This document shows positions 11,517-24,580 of a stretch of 64,000 bases of DNA, one piece after another. Both the position numbers and the translations under genes were made by a program. The notes under the pieces were generated by a model, which saw only the letters and a program-made list of their open reading frames with translations, ran no database searches and had not been told where the DNA came from. Numbering within the stretch: the first letter of the stretch is position 1; every line of letters begins with the position of its first letter. The stretch is from Eledone cirrhosa (taxonomy: Eukaryota), in the NCBI GenBank assembly GCA_964016885.1, contig OZ024740.1:437720001-437784000 (forward strand), written 5' to 3'.

Positions 11517-11611
11517 AATAAACGAAGCCAAATTTTAAACATTTGACTTATTTATTTTATTTTATTTTATTTTATTTTATTTTATTTTATTTTATATATA
11601 TATATAAAATT

Positions 11612-12254
11612 AAAAATTAGAAATAAGAGGGATCAGATGTTGTTTACTAAAGAGAAGGCTACGTTGGTATGGTCACGTGATGCGCATGAAGGACGATAGC
11701 TGTATAACAAAGTGCAGGGCAATAAAGATAGACGGTAGCCACGGAATAGGCAGACCCAGAAAAACCTGGGACGACCTGATAAACTCCGACCTCACACACT
11801 TACACCTCACCAAGACAATGTCACTGGACCGAGACCTTTGGCGGTACTCAGTAATAGAGAAGACCCGCCTTACCTAAATACAAAGTAAAACCTACTACAG
11901 TCAGTTGGCATCTCTAACAAAATACACCCCCACCTCATCCACACCGCCCCCTTCAATGTAAAGTTATGTTGGTGCCACAACATCCAGGCCGAAACAAATG
12001 ATCGTGTAGGTGTCACGACAAAAAACACACAGTCCACGCTGTAATGTGGCCGTGTAGGCAACACGGTAAAAACCTCCCAGCCCCACACTGTAAATGTGGT
12101 TGGTGTTAGGAAGGGCATCCAACTGTAGAAAACCTGCCAGACAGTCCTATGCGAGCAAGACAATCACTCTTGCCTCAAGTGGGAAAACCCCCGTCCAAAC
12201 CCATGCAAGCGTGGAACACGGACGTTAAACGTTGATGATGATGATGATGATGAT

Positions 12255-12258
<4 letters not shown>
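11612..12258 (+). mobile_element. RTE LINE 3' fragment
   Basis: Near-identical to 2160-2823. Confidence 0.9.
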
Positions 12259-12308
<50 letters not shown>

Positions 12309-13093
12309 TTTGTGTGTGTGTGTGAGCATGTGCATAGATTGATCTAGATCTTTGCTCATCACAAAGACCCTGCAACTGTAAAACTAATCAGCAGGCACTA
12401 TATATAAATCAGAAGGCAATATGTCATTTAAAAGACATCTGCCACCCACCCGTCCTCCCTATTTCCTTCAATTGACACCCTCATATTGTTAGAGTCTGTA
12501 TTATTTTAGCCATGTCTTCTGGGACCAATTCACTCGCAGTATGTTTCGCCTCTTTTCAGTTTTCTATGTGGGCATGTGTGCACATGTGTGCATGCATACA
12601 TACATATAAACACGGGCATATATGTGCATGTCTCATACACACCTCGCTCTCTTGGGTTTCCATACCTCTTTATCCACCCATTTTTCTCCCCCCCCCTCTC
12701 TATATATATGTGTGTGTGTGTATGTGTTATATCATACACACACACACATACACATATATATATAAAGCGTGAAACTAAAAGACTTTTTGTACCTCTGTTT
12801 TTTGTTATTTCCTTGAGCCATATATATATATATATATCATCATCATCGTTTAACGTCCATCTTCCTCGCTAGCATGGGTCTGGATGGGGATTGTCCCACT
12901 TGAGGCATAGATATATGTACATATACATAAATATATATATATGTCCTATACAAGCGAGACACGGTTACTCAACCAATCTTGCCTCAAGTGGGACAACTCC
13001 TGTCTAACCCATGCTAGCATGGAAGATAGACATTAAACGATGATGATGATATATATATATCTATATATAGAAAACAACCTGCCTTTCATTTTT

Positions 13094-13903
13094 AGGGTTC
13101 TCCCTAAAAACGAAAGGCAGGTTGTATGATGCCTGCATAAGAACAGCAATGTTGCATGGCAGTGAGACCTGGGCATTGTGTGCAGAGGATATACGCAGAC
13201 TAGAGAGGAACGAAGCTTGCATGCTCCGCTGGATGTGTAATAGTAATATACGTGAACGACAAAGCATAAACGAACTAAGGAAAAAATTAGAAATAAGAGG
13301 GATCAGATGTTGTTTACTCGAGAGAAGGGTACGTTGGTATGGTCACGTGATGCGCATGAAAGACGACAGCTGTATAACAAAGTGCAGGGCAATAAAGATA
13401 GACAGTAGCCACGGAGTAGGCAGACCCAGAAAAACCTGGGACGAGCTGATAAATTCCGACCTCACACACTTACACCTCTCCAAGACAATGTCACTGGACC
13501 GAGACCTTTGGCGGTACTCAGTAATAGAGAAGACCTGCTTTACCTAAATACAAAGTAAAACCTACTACAGTCAGTAGGCATCTCTAACAAAATACACCCC
13601 CGTCCCACCGCCCCTTTCAATGTAAAGTTATGTTGGTGCCACAACATCCAGGCCGAAACAAATGAGATCGTGTAGGTGTCACGACAAAAAAACACACAGT
13701 CCACGCTGTAATGTGGCTGTGTAGGCAACACGGTAAAAACCTCCCAGCCCGACACTGTAAATGTGGTTGGTGTTAGGAAGGGCATCCAGCTGTAGAAAAC
13801 CCGCCAGACATTCCTATGCGAGCAATGACAACCACTCTTGCCTCAAGTGGGAAAACTCCCGTCCAAACCCATGCAAGCGTGGGACATGGACGTTAAATGA
13901 TGA

Positions 13904-13906
<3 letters not shown>
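13094..13906 (+). mobile_element. RTE LINE 3' fragment
   Basis: ORF 13122-13547 matches the C-terminus of 1501-2424; (GAT)n tail. Confidence 0.9.
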
Positions 13907-13992
<86 letters not shown>

Positions 13993-14131
13993 ACGGCAAA
14001 AAAGCACCCAGCACTCACTGTAAATGAGGTTGGTGTTAGGAAGGGCATCCAGCTGTAGAAATCAAGCCAGAATCAGTTCCCGTCCCACCCTTGCATGCAG
14101 GGAAAAAGCGACGTAATATGAAATGATGATG

Positions 14132-14171
<40 letters not shown>

Positions 14172-14808
14172 CATCATCATCATCATCATCATTTTACGTC
14201 TGCTTTTCCCCGCTTACAAGGGTGGGACTGGTCTTATTCAGCACAGCATCTCTCCACTCGTCACGGTCCCTCGTCATCTCCACCGTGAGCTTCAATGATC
14301 TGAGGTCTGTTCTCACCACCTCCGCCCATGTTTTTCGTGGTCTACCTCTACCACGTCTTCCTTCAACTGGCAATTCCTGGCACTTCTTCACCCATCGGTC
14401 ATCCTCCATGCGCATCACATGTCCATACCACCTCAGTCTCCTCTCCCGTACACTACATTCTATCCCTCTCAGACACAGTTTCTCTCTCAACACATTTATG
14501 CTGGGTCGTTCACGCACATTTACACTGCACATCCAACGGAGCATGCTTGCCTCATTTCTCTCCAGCCGTCGCATATCCTCTGCAGTTGTTGCCCATGTCT
14601 CACTACTCACTACTATAGTGGCTTATTCTTCTCTAAGAACCTCTCTTGCAATTGTCTCACCATGAATGGGGCATCTGTTGTACTCTTCCCAGGCACAAAA
14701 CCAAACTGCATCTCATCTAGTTTGACCCTTTCTCTAATTAGTTGTGCTAAAATCCTTTCTGCCACTTTCATAACCTGATCTATCAGTTTTATACCCCTAT
14801 AATTGCTC

Positions 14809-14810
<2 letters not shown>
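14172..14810 (-). mobile_element. Internally deleted RTE LINE, second family
   Basis: ORF 14194-14610 (SETW..LRWYGHVMRM..GRPRKTW) is joined directly to an upstream RT piece LDEMQFGFVPGKSTTDA at about 14660-14800. Confidence 0.85.
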
Positions 14811-14858
<48 letters not shown>

Positions 14859-15087
14859 GAATAATCGAGAATCGGAATTTCAGCCCACGAAATCACGATA
14901 AACAATATCCGATATATGTGGCAGAGGGCTCAATAATTTGGAAAAATCAGAGCTATAACTATCGTTAAAATACGAACACATAGAGGTCATGCCTAAAATC
15001 ACCCATGCAGCCGAAAATAAACGACCAGGAAGATTCGGGTCACTCAAATAAAATATCAATAAATTAATAAATTAAATGAATGTAAAA

Positions 15088-15213
<126 letters not shown>

Positions 15214-15802
15214 CACATATGTCACAGCAAAACCATCCAGTACCCACTGTAAATGTGGTTGTCATTAGGAAGGGCATCCAGCTGTAGAACCCAACCAAGA
15301 CACGGTCACCTGATCTGACTTGTTTCACAACAGGACAATTTGTCTTACCCATGTTAGCATGGAAAAATGGATATTAAATGGTGATGATGGTGATTATGAT
15401 GATGATTAAATGTTGAATTGATAGATGGTTTATATTGGCTGCTATTTCTAGTAATAATTTAGACATGTCCAAGTATACAAATATTTACCTTGTTAGTTGA
15501 TCTACGTAAGCATATAATATTTTTTACACCATGCTAGATCAGTAAAGATGAATTCCTTTCACTGGTTTATATATTGTTTCTTATACCTGACAGAATCCTT
15601 CTGATCAAAAGATTTTCTGGCAGGATAGACAATCTATTGGGATGGTCAGTACTGTTTATTGATCTTGGAAACAACAGTAAAGGAACCTTTTAGCTTTTGG
15701 TTGCTTAACTAAGGCTCCCTCCCTTGGGAAAGATGCTTGTGAAGTGTTCATTTTTTAGATTACTTTACTGTGATCTACCTCTCGGAGGTTTTGTATAAGA
15801 TG

Positions 15803-15851
<49 letters not shown>

Positions 15852-17476
15852 AAAGGCAAACAGAAATAACAAAGCAAACGACACATTACAATGAAGAAAT
15901 ATATTATTAGTTTTAAGTTTGATATAGTGGGAAAAGAGTCTTAATGTTTTGGGTGCTGGTTCTTCATCAGAAAATAGAATGAGAAATTAAAGAAGAAATA
16001 GAAAAATTGAGGAGACAGGCAGAACGGAACCGGAAAAAGATATTTTTAGAGAAAAATAACAGGTCCATCTATGTTGCCTTGGTTTAGTTAATGAGATGTA
16101 CAATTTCATTGCACACTTTACATTTTAGTACACAAGAATTACTCAATTCTCTCTATGAAGATATATTTAGTCTTCATCATAATGATGTTTTAAGTAATTT
16201 TTCTCATGTATATTATAAGATTAACACCAGATTATAACTCAAAAGCAAATGACCAGAAAACATACACAGTTCTGACTACTCTGAGCTAAATGAAACTAGA
16301 TTAAAATTATGGTCTTTCATTTACCAAATCTGTTAGTAAGAAAATTGGATCTTCCTTACTTTGATTCCTTACATAACCCAAATTTAGAAAAGTTGTATTG
16401 ATTCATATGTTTGGGACATTACCCTCTCTCAAATGTTTGCACAGCTAAATTGCTGTTTCAAGAAAGAAAAATATAAACAGAAAATCTTGCTAAGTAGTGA
16501 AATGAGTTGGTATCTGTGATATCTAGTCTATGTAGAGAGACTTCTTCAGATAGAAGAAAATGTCACAGTGAATTTAATGCTGATCAAATCTTGACACTAT
16601 TGTTGATATGTTAAAACTGTTGTCTCTGTTGCATCACTAAGAATAGGAATGTTTGGTATATTTGATAAAACAGTTTCTCTACTACCATGTCTTTATGTTC
16701 TTATTCCTTCCCTGTTGGAAGATATGCCAAAATAAAATTGTAAATAAAACTGGGAGGTCTATTTTTTGTATTTATTTTTCCATCTTCTGGCAAATATCAT
16801 ATAAGATAGTAATATATGTCAGCTAAAGCAATAGGTGGTCTTAAATGATACCTCCTGGGTAGGCTTGCATGAAAACTGGCCTGAAACTCTATATCCACTG
16901 GGAAAAACATCTAGATCCCTGGTTTGCAATCTGAGCTTTATCTGAACTGATGCATAAATCAGGCATCCAGGCCAGCTCTCTGGGTGGCCATCTTTCTTGT
17001 CCGGAGGGATTCAGTTTGAGAGAAATTTTTATTTCTTCTCAATACTCCTTCCCTTGGAAATACTTCACTATTTTAACCGCTACATTTCATAACACCTGTC
17101 AGCTTGGGTTTGTTCTAAAAATAATTATACTTTGAATGGGTTTTCTTTCTCTTTAACTGTCAAAAATATGAATCTTAAAGTGAATGAAGTTACTCCTGCA
17201 GAAAAGATATATCTTTACCATGCAAGTATATAATAATAATATATACAAAGATATTTTCTATTATGATATATGTATGACTAGATATACCAATAACTTATTC
17301 CCTCTAGTAGTAAACAGAACATTTTATCTGAAAGTTGGCCTTGTGAATTTTCTTGTTTTTAATTAAGCTTTTTACATTATTTTGCTCATATACATCAATT
17401 TTATTTTCAACTACATGATAATTCTATTTCTTATATATGTTATTTTCAAGTTTTTCACAAAGAATTATTCTGAACG

Positions 17477-17514
<38 letters not shown>

Positions 17515-18064
17515 CGTTTTTACATGTTTTTCCATGCTTGCATGGGTTGGATGGGTCCTTTTCAGCACAGCATCTCTCGTTGCATTTCTTTGTCAACTCC
17601 TCTGACATACATATATATATATATATATACATATACATGTATACGTCCAAACCCATGCTAACGTGGAAGATGGACGTTAAACGATGATGATGATGTGTGT
17701 GTGTGTGTGTGTGTGTGTTACAGTGTTCATATAAGTCTATAGATATTGTTAAAACCAAATAGTTAGAGATTATATCCTACTTATTGATTTTCTAAACAAT
17801 GTTTCATAATCAAACTCATTTAACTCGTGTTTTGTGGAGATTTCATCAAATTACAAAAAAAAAGACATTTAAGAGTAGTCTCGATAAAATCGGGCATGTT
17901 AGGAATAGGAAAAACTTGTAATTTCATTGAGATATCACACTATTTCTATTTGATAAATTATATTTTAAAATATATTATTTTTAACAACCTTAACTAAAAA
18001 TGATGTAGCTGTATGAACTAAACAGCATGAAAGTAGATTTGCAACAAACATTATTTATGTACCA

Positions 18065-18136
<72 letters not shown>

Positions 18137-18314
18137 GTATGTATGTGTAACAAAGAAAGTGTTGTAAGAAACCAGTTGGGCCATAACACACCAGAGTACT
18201 CTATACTTAGGGTTGTAGCATGGGTAATAGGAAAATAGTCAGGACCCCGACTGCTGAGCTCTGGCCGTTTTGACAGTTAGATTCAAACGTAATGTATGAA
18301 TGTGTGTGTATGTG

Positions 18315-18408
<94 letters not shown>

Positions 18409-18886
18409 CGTGTGTATAAATATATATATATTCCCAAAATGACAAGCCCTCTCTCTACTCAATCCGTAGTACATTTGATAACTTATATATCATAACATAT
18501 AAATAATATGGAATATCTATGGGTGTAGTAACTGCATATGAGATATATTCTGTTATGTAGGACCTATAATGCTATATTTGTAAATATAGTTATAAAAATG
18601 TAATGTTGTTATTCAATTGGATTTGATTTATGACCTTCTAGAATTTTAACTAACTTTGTTGTGAGAGTTTAAACAGCATTCATATTATTTTTCTCTCTAT
18701 TTTAATAAGTGGAAATATTTTAACCTGAAAATCCACATATTTTGTCACTGATAAAAAACATTTCTAATCAATCACTCTGATTTCTTTCTCTTTGTCCATG
18801 TGTTTATATATATATATATAATCATCATCTTCGCTAGCGTGGAAAATGGACGTTAAACGAAGATGATGATGATGATATATATATAT

Positions 18887-19080
18887 AGGAAAAAGTATGA
18901 CCCCAAAGGCAGAGCTCAAACCGTTTCGGCGGCTATTTCTGGACCCAGAAATAGCCTTCGAAACGGCTTGAGCTCTGTTGTCGGGGTCATACTTTTTCCT
19001 ATTACCCACTCTACTACCTTAAATATTGAGTACTCTGGTGCATTATGGTTCATCTGGTTCCTTACCACATCTCCTTCGTT
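18887..19080 (+). mobile_element. Second copy of the fold-back hammerhead-half element
   Basis: Homologous to 7057-7240, with an imperfect palindrome at 18887-19000. Confidence 0.7.
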
Positions 19081-19212
19081 ATATATATATATATATGTGT
19101 GTGTGTGTATGCATTGTGTATTGATATATATAATATTGTTTAGTGTGTGTGTATATATATGTGGGTATATATATATATATATAATGTAAATATGTGTATG
19201 TATGTATGTATG

Positions 19213-19265
<53 letters not shown>

Positions 19266-19266
19266 G

Positions 19267-19304
<38 letters not shown>

Positions 19305-19412
19305 GGAGGCACATGGCTTAGTGGTTAGAGCATTTGCCTTGCAATCGAAAGGTTGTGAGTTCAATTCTCAGACCGTTATGGTCCATCTGGTTCCTTACCA
19401 CATCTCCTTCGT

Positions 19413-19449
<37 letters not shown>

Positions 19450-19551
19450 ATGCATTGTGTTGATATATATAATATTGTTTAGTGTGTGTGTATATATATG
19501 TGGGTATATATATATATATATATATATAATGTATATATGTGTGTGTATGTA

Positions 19552-20575
19552 TCATCATCATCATCATCGTTTAACGTCCATGTTCCACGCTTGCATGGGT
19601 TTGGACGGGAGTTTTCCCACGTGAGGCAAGAGTGGTTGTCTTGCTCGCATAGGACTGTCTGGCGGGTTTTCTACAGCTGGATGCCCTTCCTAACACCAAC
19701 CACATTTACAGTGTGGGGCTGGGAGGTTTTTACCGTGTTGCCTACACGGCCACATTACAGCGTGGACTGTGTGTTTTTTTGTCGTGACACCTACACGATC
19801 ATTTGTTTCGGCCTGGATGTTGTGGCACCAACATAACTTTACATTGAAAGGGGCGGTGTGGATGGGGTGGGGTTGGTGGGACGGGGGGGGGGGGGGATTT
19901 TGTTAGAGATGCCTACTGACTGTAGTAGGTTTTACTATGTATTTAGGTAAGGCGGGTCTTCTCTATTACTGAGTACCACCAAAGATCTCGGTCCAGTGAC
20001 ATTGTCTTGGAGAGGTGTAAGTGTGTGAGGTTGGAATTTATCAGATCGTCCCAGGTTTTTCTGGGTCTGACTACTCCGTGGCTACCGTCTATCTTTATTG
20101 CCCTGCACTTTTTTATACAGCTGTCGTCTTTCATGCGCATCACGTGACCATACCAACGTAGCCTTCTCTCGAGTAAACAACATCTGATCCCTCCTATTTC
20201 TAATTTTTCCCTTAGTTCGTTTATGCTTTGCCGTTCACGTATATTACTATTACACATCCAGCAGAGCATGCAAGCTTCGTTCCTCTCTAGTCTGCGTATA
20301 TCCTCTGCACACAATGCCCAGGTTTCACTGCCCTGCAACATTGCTGTTCGTATGCAGGCATCATACAACCTGCCTTTCATTTTTAGGGAGAACCCTTTAG
20401 CGGCTAATAGTGGTATAAGCTCTCTGAACTTTTTCCATCCAGTTCTGACTCTAGCTACTGTACTTTCAGAGCACCCTCCCCCACTGCTGATTTTGTCACC
20501 CAGGTAACGGAAGCTGTCCGCTATTTCTATAGAACCTTCTGCGCAATTGAAAGAGCTAGTATTTGTGGGCACTTG
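19552..20575 (-). mobile_element. RTE LINE 3' fragment
   Basis: ORF 19943-20570 matches the 1501-2424 protein; (CAT)n tail at 19552. Confidence 0.9.
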
Positions 20576-20587
20576 CTGTTGGACTTT

Positions 20588-20890
20588 CAATCGAAAGGTT
20601 GTGAGTTCAATTCTCAGACCAGCTGATGTGTTGTTTCCTTGAGCAAGACACTTTATTTCACATTGCTCCAGTTTACTCAGCTGTAGAAATGAGATGATAG
20701 GGACAGGGTTCCCTATCATTCCGCTGCAAAGTGGTCGTGGAGGTGCCACGGCAAAAAAAGCACCCACCACTCACTGTAAATGAGGTTGGTGTTAGGAAGG
20801 GCATCCAGCTGTAGAAATCAAGCCAGAATCAGTTCCTGTCCCACACTTGCAAGCAGGGAAAAGCGGACCGTAAAATGATGATAATAATAA
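20588..20890 (+). mobile_element. CORE-like tRNA-SINE with RTE-derived tail
   Basis: Same composite as 35650-35980 (-). Confidence 0.8.
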
Positions 20891-20891
20891 T

Positions 20892-21078
20892 TGTTTCTAC
20901 TTTAGGCACAAGGCCAGCAATTACCCAGTGCATTACTGGTACTTTATTTTATCGACCCCGTAAGGATGAAAGGCAAAGTCAACCTCGGCGGGATTTGAAC
21001 TCAGATCGTAAAGGGATGTAACTATGCTGGAAAGCATGGCGTCCGACCCTCTACCGATACTGCCAATCCACGCGCTGA
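20892..21078 (-). mobile_element. tRNA-SINE (Meta/MESC-like family)
   Basis: Reverse complement of the 8928 family. Confidence 0.8.
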
Positions 21079-22113
21079 TAATAATAATAATATATATATA
21101 TATATGTTTGTGTGTATATATATAATATTGTTTGGTGTGTGTGTTTGTATATATATATATATAATGTATATGTATATATATATATATGTGTGTGTGTGTA
21201 TATATAAAATATTGTTAAATATATATATATCGTCATCACCGTTCAACTTAACCCACTCAAAACCACTTCTAGATATATGAAATAAAATCCTCCAGTTTAA
21301 AGAGCTTCTACTTAAATTAAAATTTTCCAATAAAATTTGAAATAAGATCAATTTAAGTTATCTTACAAATTATTATCTTAGTAATTAAATAATTAATAAT
21401 CTTATTAAATCCCTCTAAATTCTTTATTAATTAATTGAAATGCTATGTAAGGGTTAGAAATATAAACAGGAAATCTTTGATTTCATTTATTTATTTTATT
21501 TTATTTTATTTTATTTTATTTTATTTTATATTTAAATTTTGTGATTATTTTATTAGATTTTTTTGTTCTTTCCTCTATTTTTTCTCATCTTTGGTTTAGC
21601 ATTGACAGGATCTAGTTCTGTGTTGATTCCGCTCTGTTGTTATTAAAACTTCTGTCAGGCCTTAAGGTTTTACTTTATAAAAACCTTCAATCTGTTTTTT
21701 TTTTGTTTTCTGTTGGATTTTAAACAAAATGTATATTAACAATGTACGAAGCCTCTATCTGGAAGATACGGGGTTCAATACCTCCAAGTGGCCAATGGCA
21801 ACTTCTTTTTCCGTCTTATAAGGGTCTTCACCCTATTTTATAAGCTATCTTTATAGCATTCCTGCACATGAGTACTTTCATTATACTTACTCTTTTACCT
21901 GTTCCGGCCATCTGGCTGAGGTCATGTTGGGGCACGAAATGTATATTGTTTTTATTCATTTTTTTTTAAGTTTCCTGGAGAATTTGTGTAGCTTTTACTT
22001 GGGAACCTTTGTATTAGGATTATTATATTATTCTATTCATTTTCTCAAACCTTATCATTAAAATTATAACTTTTGTATTTTAGACCTTTAAGACTTAGCT
22101 TGTTCTTTTGCAG

Positions 22114-22370
22114 AACACTCGGATGATTTAGTTTGTGATATGGACCTGAGTGAGCCCAGTGGCTCTGTGACACCGTCATCTTCATGTTCATTAGATCATG
22201 GTGGTCAGAGTCCAAGTGGTATGAGTGAATCTCCAGCTTCTCCAGGAGTTGAAAATATCTCTCCAGACCAGCTACCTTTCAGCATTGGAATTTCTGAAAC
22301 AAATCCCTATGGTTGTCCACATTGTGACAAAGCATTTCCTCGCCATAGTTATCTGAAGCTACATGAACAA
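22114..22370 (+). CDS. ZNF423: ZNF423/ZNF521-like zinc finger gene, internal coding exon (phase 1 to 0)
   Basis: ttcttttgcag acceptor and gtaagt donor. Encodes a Ser/Pro-rich stretch then PYGCPHCDKAFPRHSYLKLHEQ, a finger completed by the next exon. Confidence 0.88.
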
Positions 22371-22665
22371 GTAAGTCAACAACTGATGTCATTTATTCTA
22401 CAATATCCTTCCAGGAATTTATGATGTATATATATTTATAGATGAAGTAACCAAGCTGAAACTTCCAAGTCACTGCCACTTTTATACTTAGAAAATATAA
22501 TTTACACTCTACCCATCAGTATTGAGTACTTAACTAGTTAATGTTTGAATGTTTTGAGTATTATGGTAATTTAGATGCACATTCTAATATATATATATAT
22601 ATATAATATATGTGTGTGTATGTGTGTATACATATATAAATGTATATATGTATATATGTATATAT

Positions 22666-22932
22666 GAAGCATGGAACAAACTACCTGCATCAGTTATTAG
22701 CTGTTGAGACACTGCATCCTTTAAAACCTCCATGCTTCCTGAAATTCACCAACACTACACCTAATATTCCCCCTCCATACACACTCACACATGTATTTCA
22801 TGACTCATACACTGTTCACTTTCCTGACATTTGTACATTATTCTATGTACTATACATGCACCTTTGATGAGTTGTAGTGCACCTGAGCACTGTACACAAT
22901 AATTTCATTATTATTATTATTATTATTATTAT
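22666..22932 (+). mobile_element. CR1/L2-like LINE 3' end
   Basis: Reads WNKLPASV...SFK; (TTA)n tail. Second copy at 28503-28780. Confidence 0.65.
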
Positions 22933-23240
22933 TCTTTGAGTCTCAGTTATTGAAGTTATTTAACTAGAAAGTTTGTTGAAATGAATATCAAGCCGCTACC
23001 TGCAGCCTCAGATATTCAGGACGTATCGAAGGGTTCTTGCTGTTCCCAGCAAACATGCCTTTTGAAGTGTTCCAAAAAGCTGGGCTGGACTAATTGTTTT
23101 TAACCATCCTTGGAAACTCTTTGAGATATTACCTAGTGCTCCTATGACAATCGGGACGACTCTGACTTCATGGCAGTTCCAAATCCTTTTTACCTCCCAC
23201 TTTAAGTCCTGGTATCGGTTAATTTTCTCCCTCTCCTTTT
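22933..23240 (-). mobile_element. Dong/R4-clade (RLE) non-LTR element, 3' end
   Basis: EKINRYQDLKWEV..VVPIVIGALG..LQKACLLGTARTLR, ending at (TAA)n. Confidence 0.8.
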
Positions 23241-24152
23241 CTTCTTCTTCTTCTTCTTCTTCTTCTTCTTCTTCTTCTTGTGTGTATATATATATATACA
23301 CACACACACAATATATATTATATATATATTATATATATATAAGGTGGTGTGTATCCAGGTTAGAATAGGAACACCATGCGTGTCATGAGAAGTGACTAAA
23401 AGAGTTTGTATCAGGAAGGGTATCCAGCTGTAAAACATTGCCTCAAGACGTCCCAACAAACCTACACCACCTTGGAAATGTTGACGTAAAACTATGATGA
23501 TAAATATGCATATATATGAAGTAGCAAGTTAGGACCTGATGGCTGATCTCTTGCCATTTCGATAGCAAACTTGCTGACTCTACTATATTTACACTCTACT
23601 ACCCCAAGTATTAAGTACTCTGCTGAATAATGATCTTACTAGTTTAAAACTGGTAAAATCCTCATCGCACTCTTTCTCACATATATATATGGTGTTAGGA
23701 AGGGCATCCAGCCATAGAAAACCTGCCAGATAGTCCTATATGAGCGAGACACGGCCACCCGACCAATCTTGCCTCAAGACACCTGTCTAACCCATGCTAA
23801 CGTGGAAGATGGACGTTAAACAATGATGATGATGATGATTTTTATATATATGATGCCAAATTTATATTGCTTTCAAAATTAAGTATTTTGTATTAGTACA
23901 AGAGGAACAGCAGGTTTGATCTTGATAATACAAGATTCTACAACCACAACCTGCTTAGAGTATTGCTTCTTGTGTCCCAGCTTCAAGTCTACTTGATTTT
24001 CATTTTCTTTTTAACATAGTTCATAGTTGTTATTTTGTTTGTGTATGTGTATGTGTGTATATATATATATATATATAGTAATAATAAGTGTGAAGACTAA
24101 AATCCGAAGAGAGTTTGATAAGGATTATATATGTTAGGTAATTCCGAAGGAA

Positions 24153-24222
24153 ACTCTGTCTGACGACCGATCCAGATGTATATTATTATTGTCTGGGATC
24201 CAGAAACCTTCGGTAATAGAGT
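24153..24222 (+). ncRNA. Type I hammerhead ribozyme, intronic sense strand
   Basis: ACTCTGT-CTGACGA-ccGATCCAGA..TCTGGGATCca-GAAA-CCTTCGG-TA^ATAGAGT. The base of stem II is mismatched. Confidence 0.75.
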
Positions 24223-24288
24223 AGTTATATTGTGTTGTTCACTTTCTAATCAAATATATATATATATATATCATATAGATATATATAT

Positions 24289-24355
24289 GTTTCAGAAGAT
24301 CCCATAAAAGGGTGAAAGTAGCAATTCTTTGCTTAAACTTTAATCTGTACTTATA

Positions 24356-24393
<38 letters not shown>

Positions 24394-24430
24394 TATAAGT
24401 ACAGATTAAAGTTTAAGCAAAGAATTGCTA
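24289..24430 (+). mobile_element. Solo Penelope terminal fragment with CAGAAGA hammerhead (24289-24338) and a fold-back arm across (TA)n
   Basis: Matches 6958-7031. 24319-24360 is inverted at 24388-24430. Confidence 0.75.
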
Positions 24431-24513
24431 TATATATACTTCAGTTTCTTGTTATATAATCACTCTAAAATAATTGATTACATTAACGGAAACTGAATAC
24501 TACTATAATTCTC

Positions 24514-24578
<65 letters not shown>

Positions 24579-24580
<2 letters not shown>

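Larger units (their letters stand above)
9805..11592. mobile_element. Non-autonomous Penelope-type element with about 420-bp inverted terminal repeats, each carrying a hammerhead
   Basis: 9805-10225 is the reverse complement of 11151-11590. No recognisable ORF inside. Confidence 0.8.

Noticed and set aside
14856-15080. Other short islands in (TA)n (also 1321-1390, 7913-8160 and 17770-17990) as additional hammerheads
   Set aside because: Only partial GAAA or TGATGA motifs without convincing stem I; probably Penelope terminal remnants but not callable.
15410-17470. Unique sequence searched for the missing 5' exons of the zinc finger gene
   Set aside because: No MSRRKQ-type N-terminus or C2H2 exon recognised; the first exon is probably upstream of the window.
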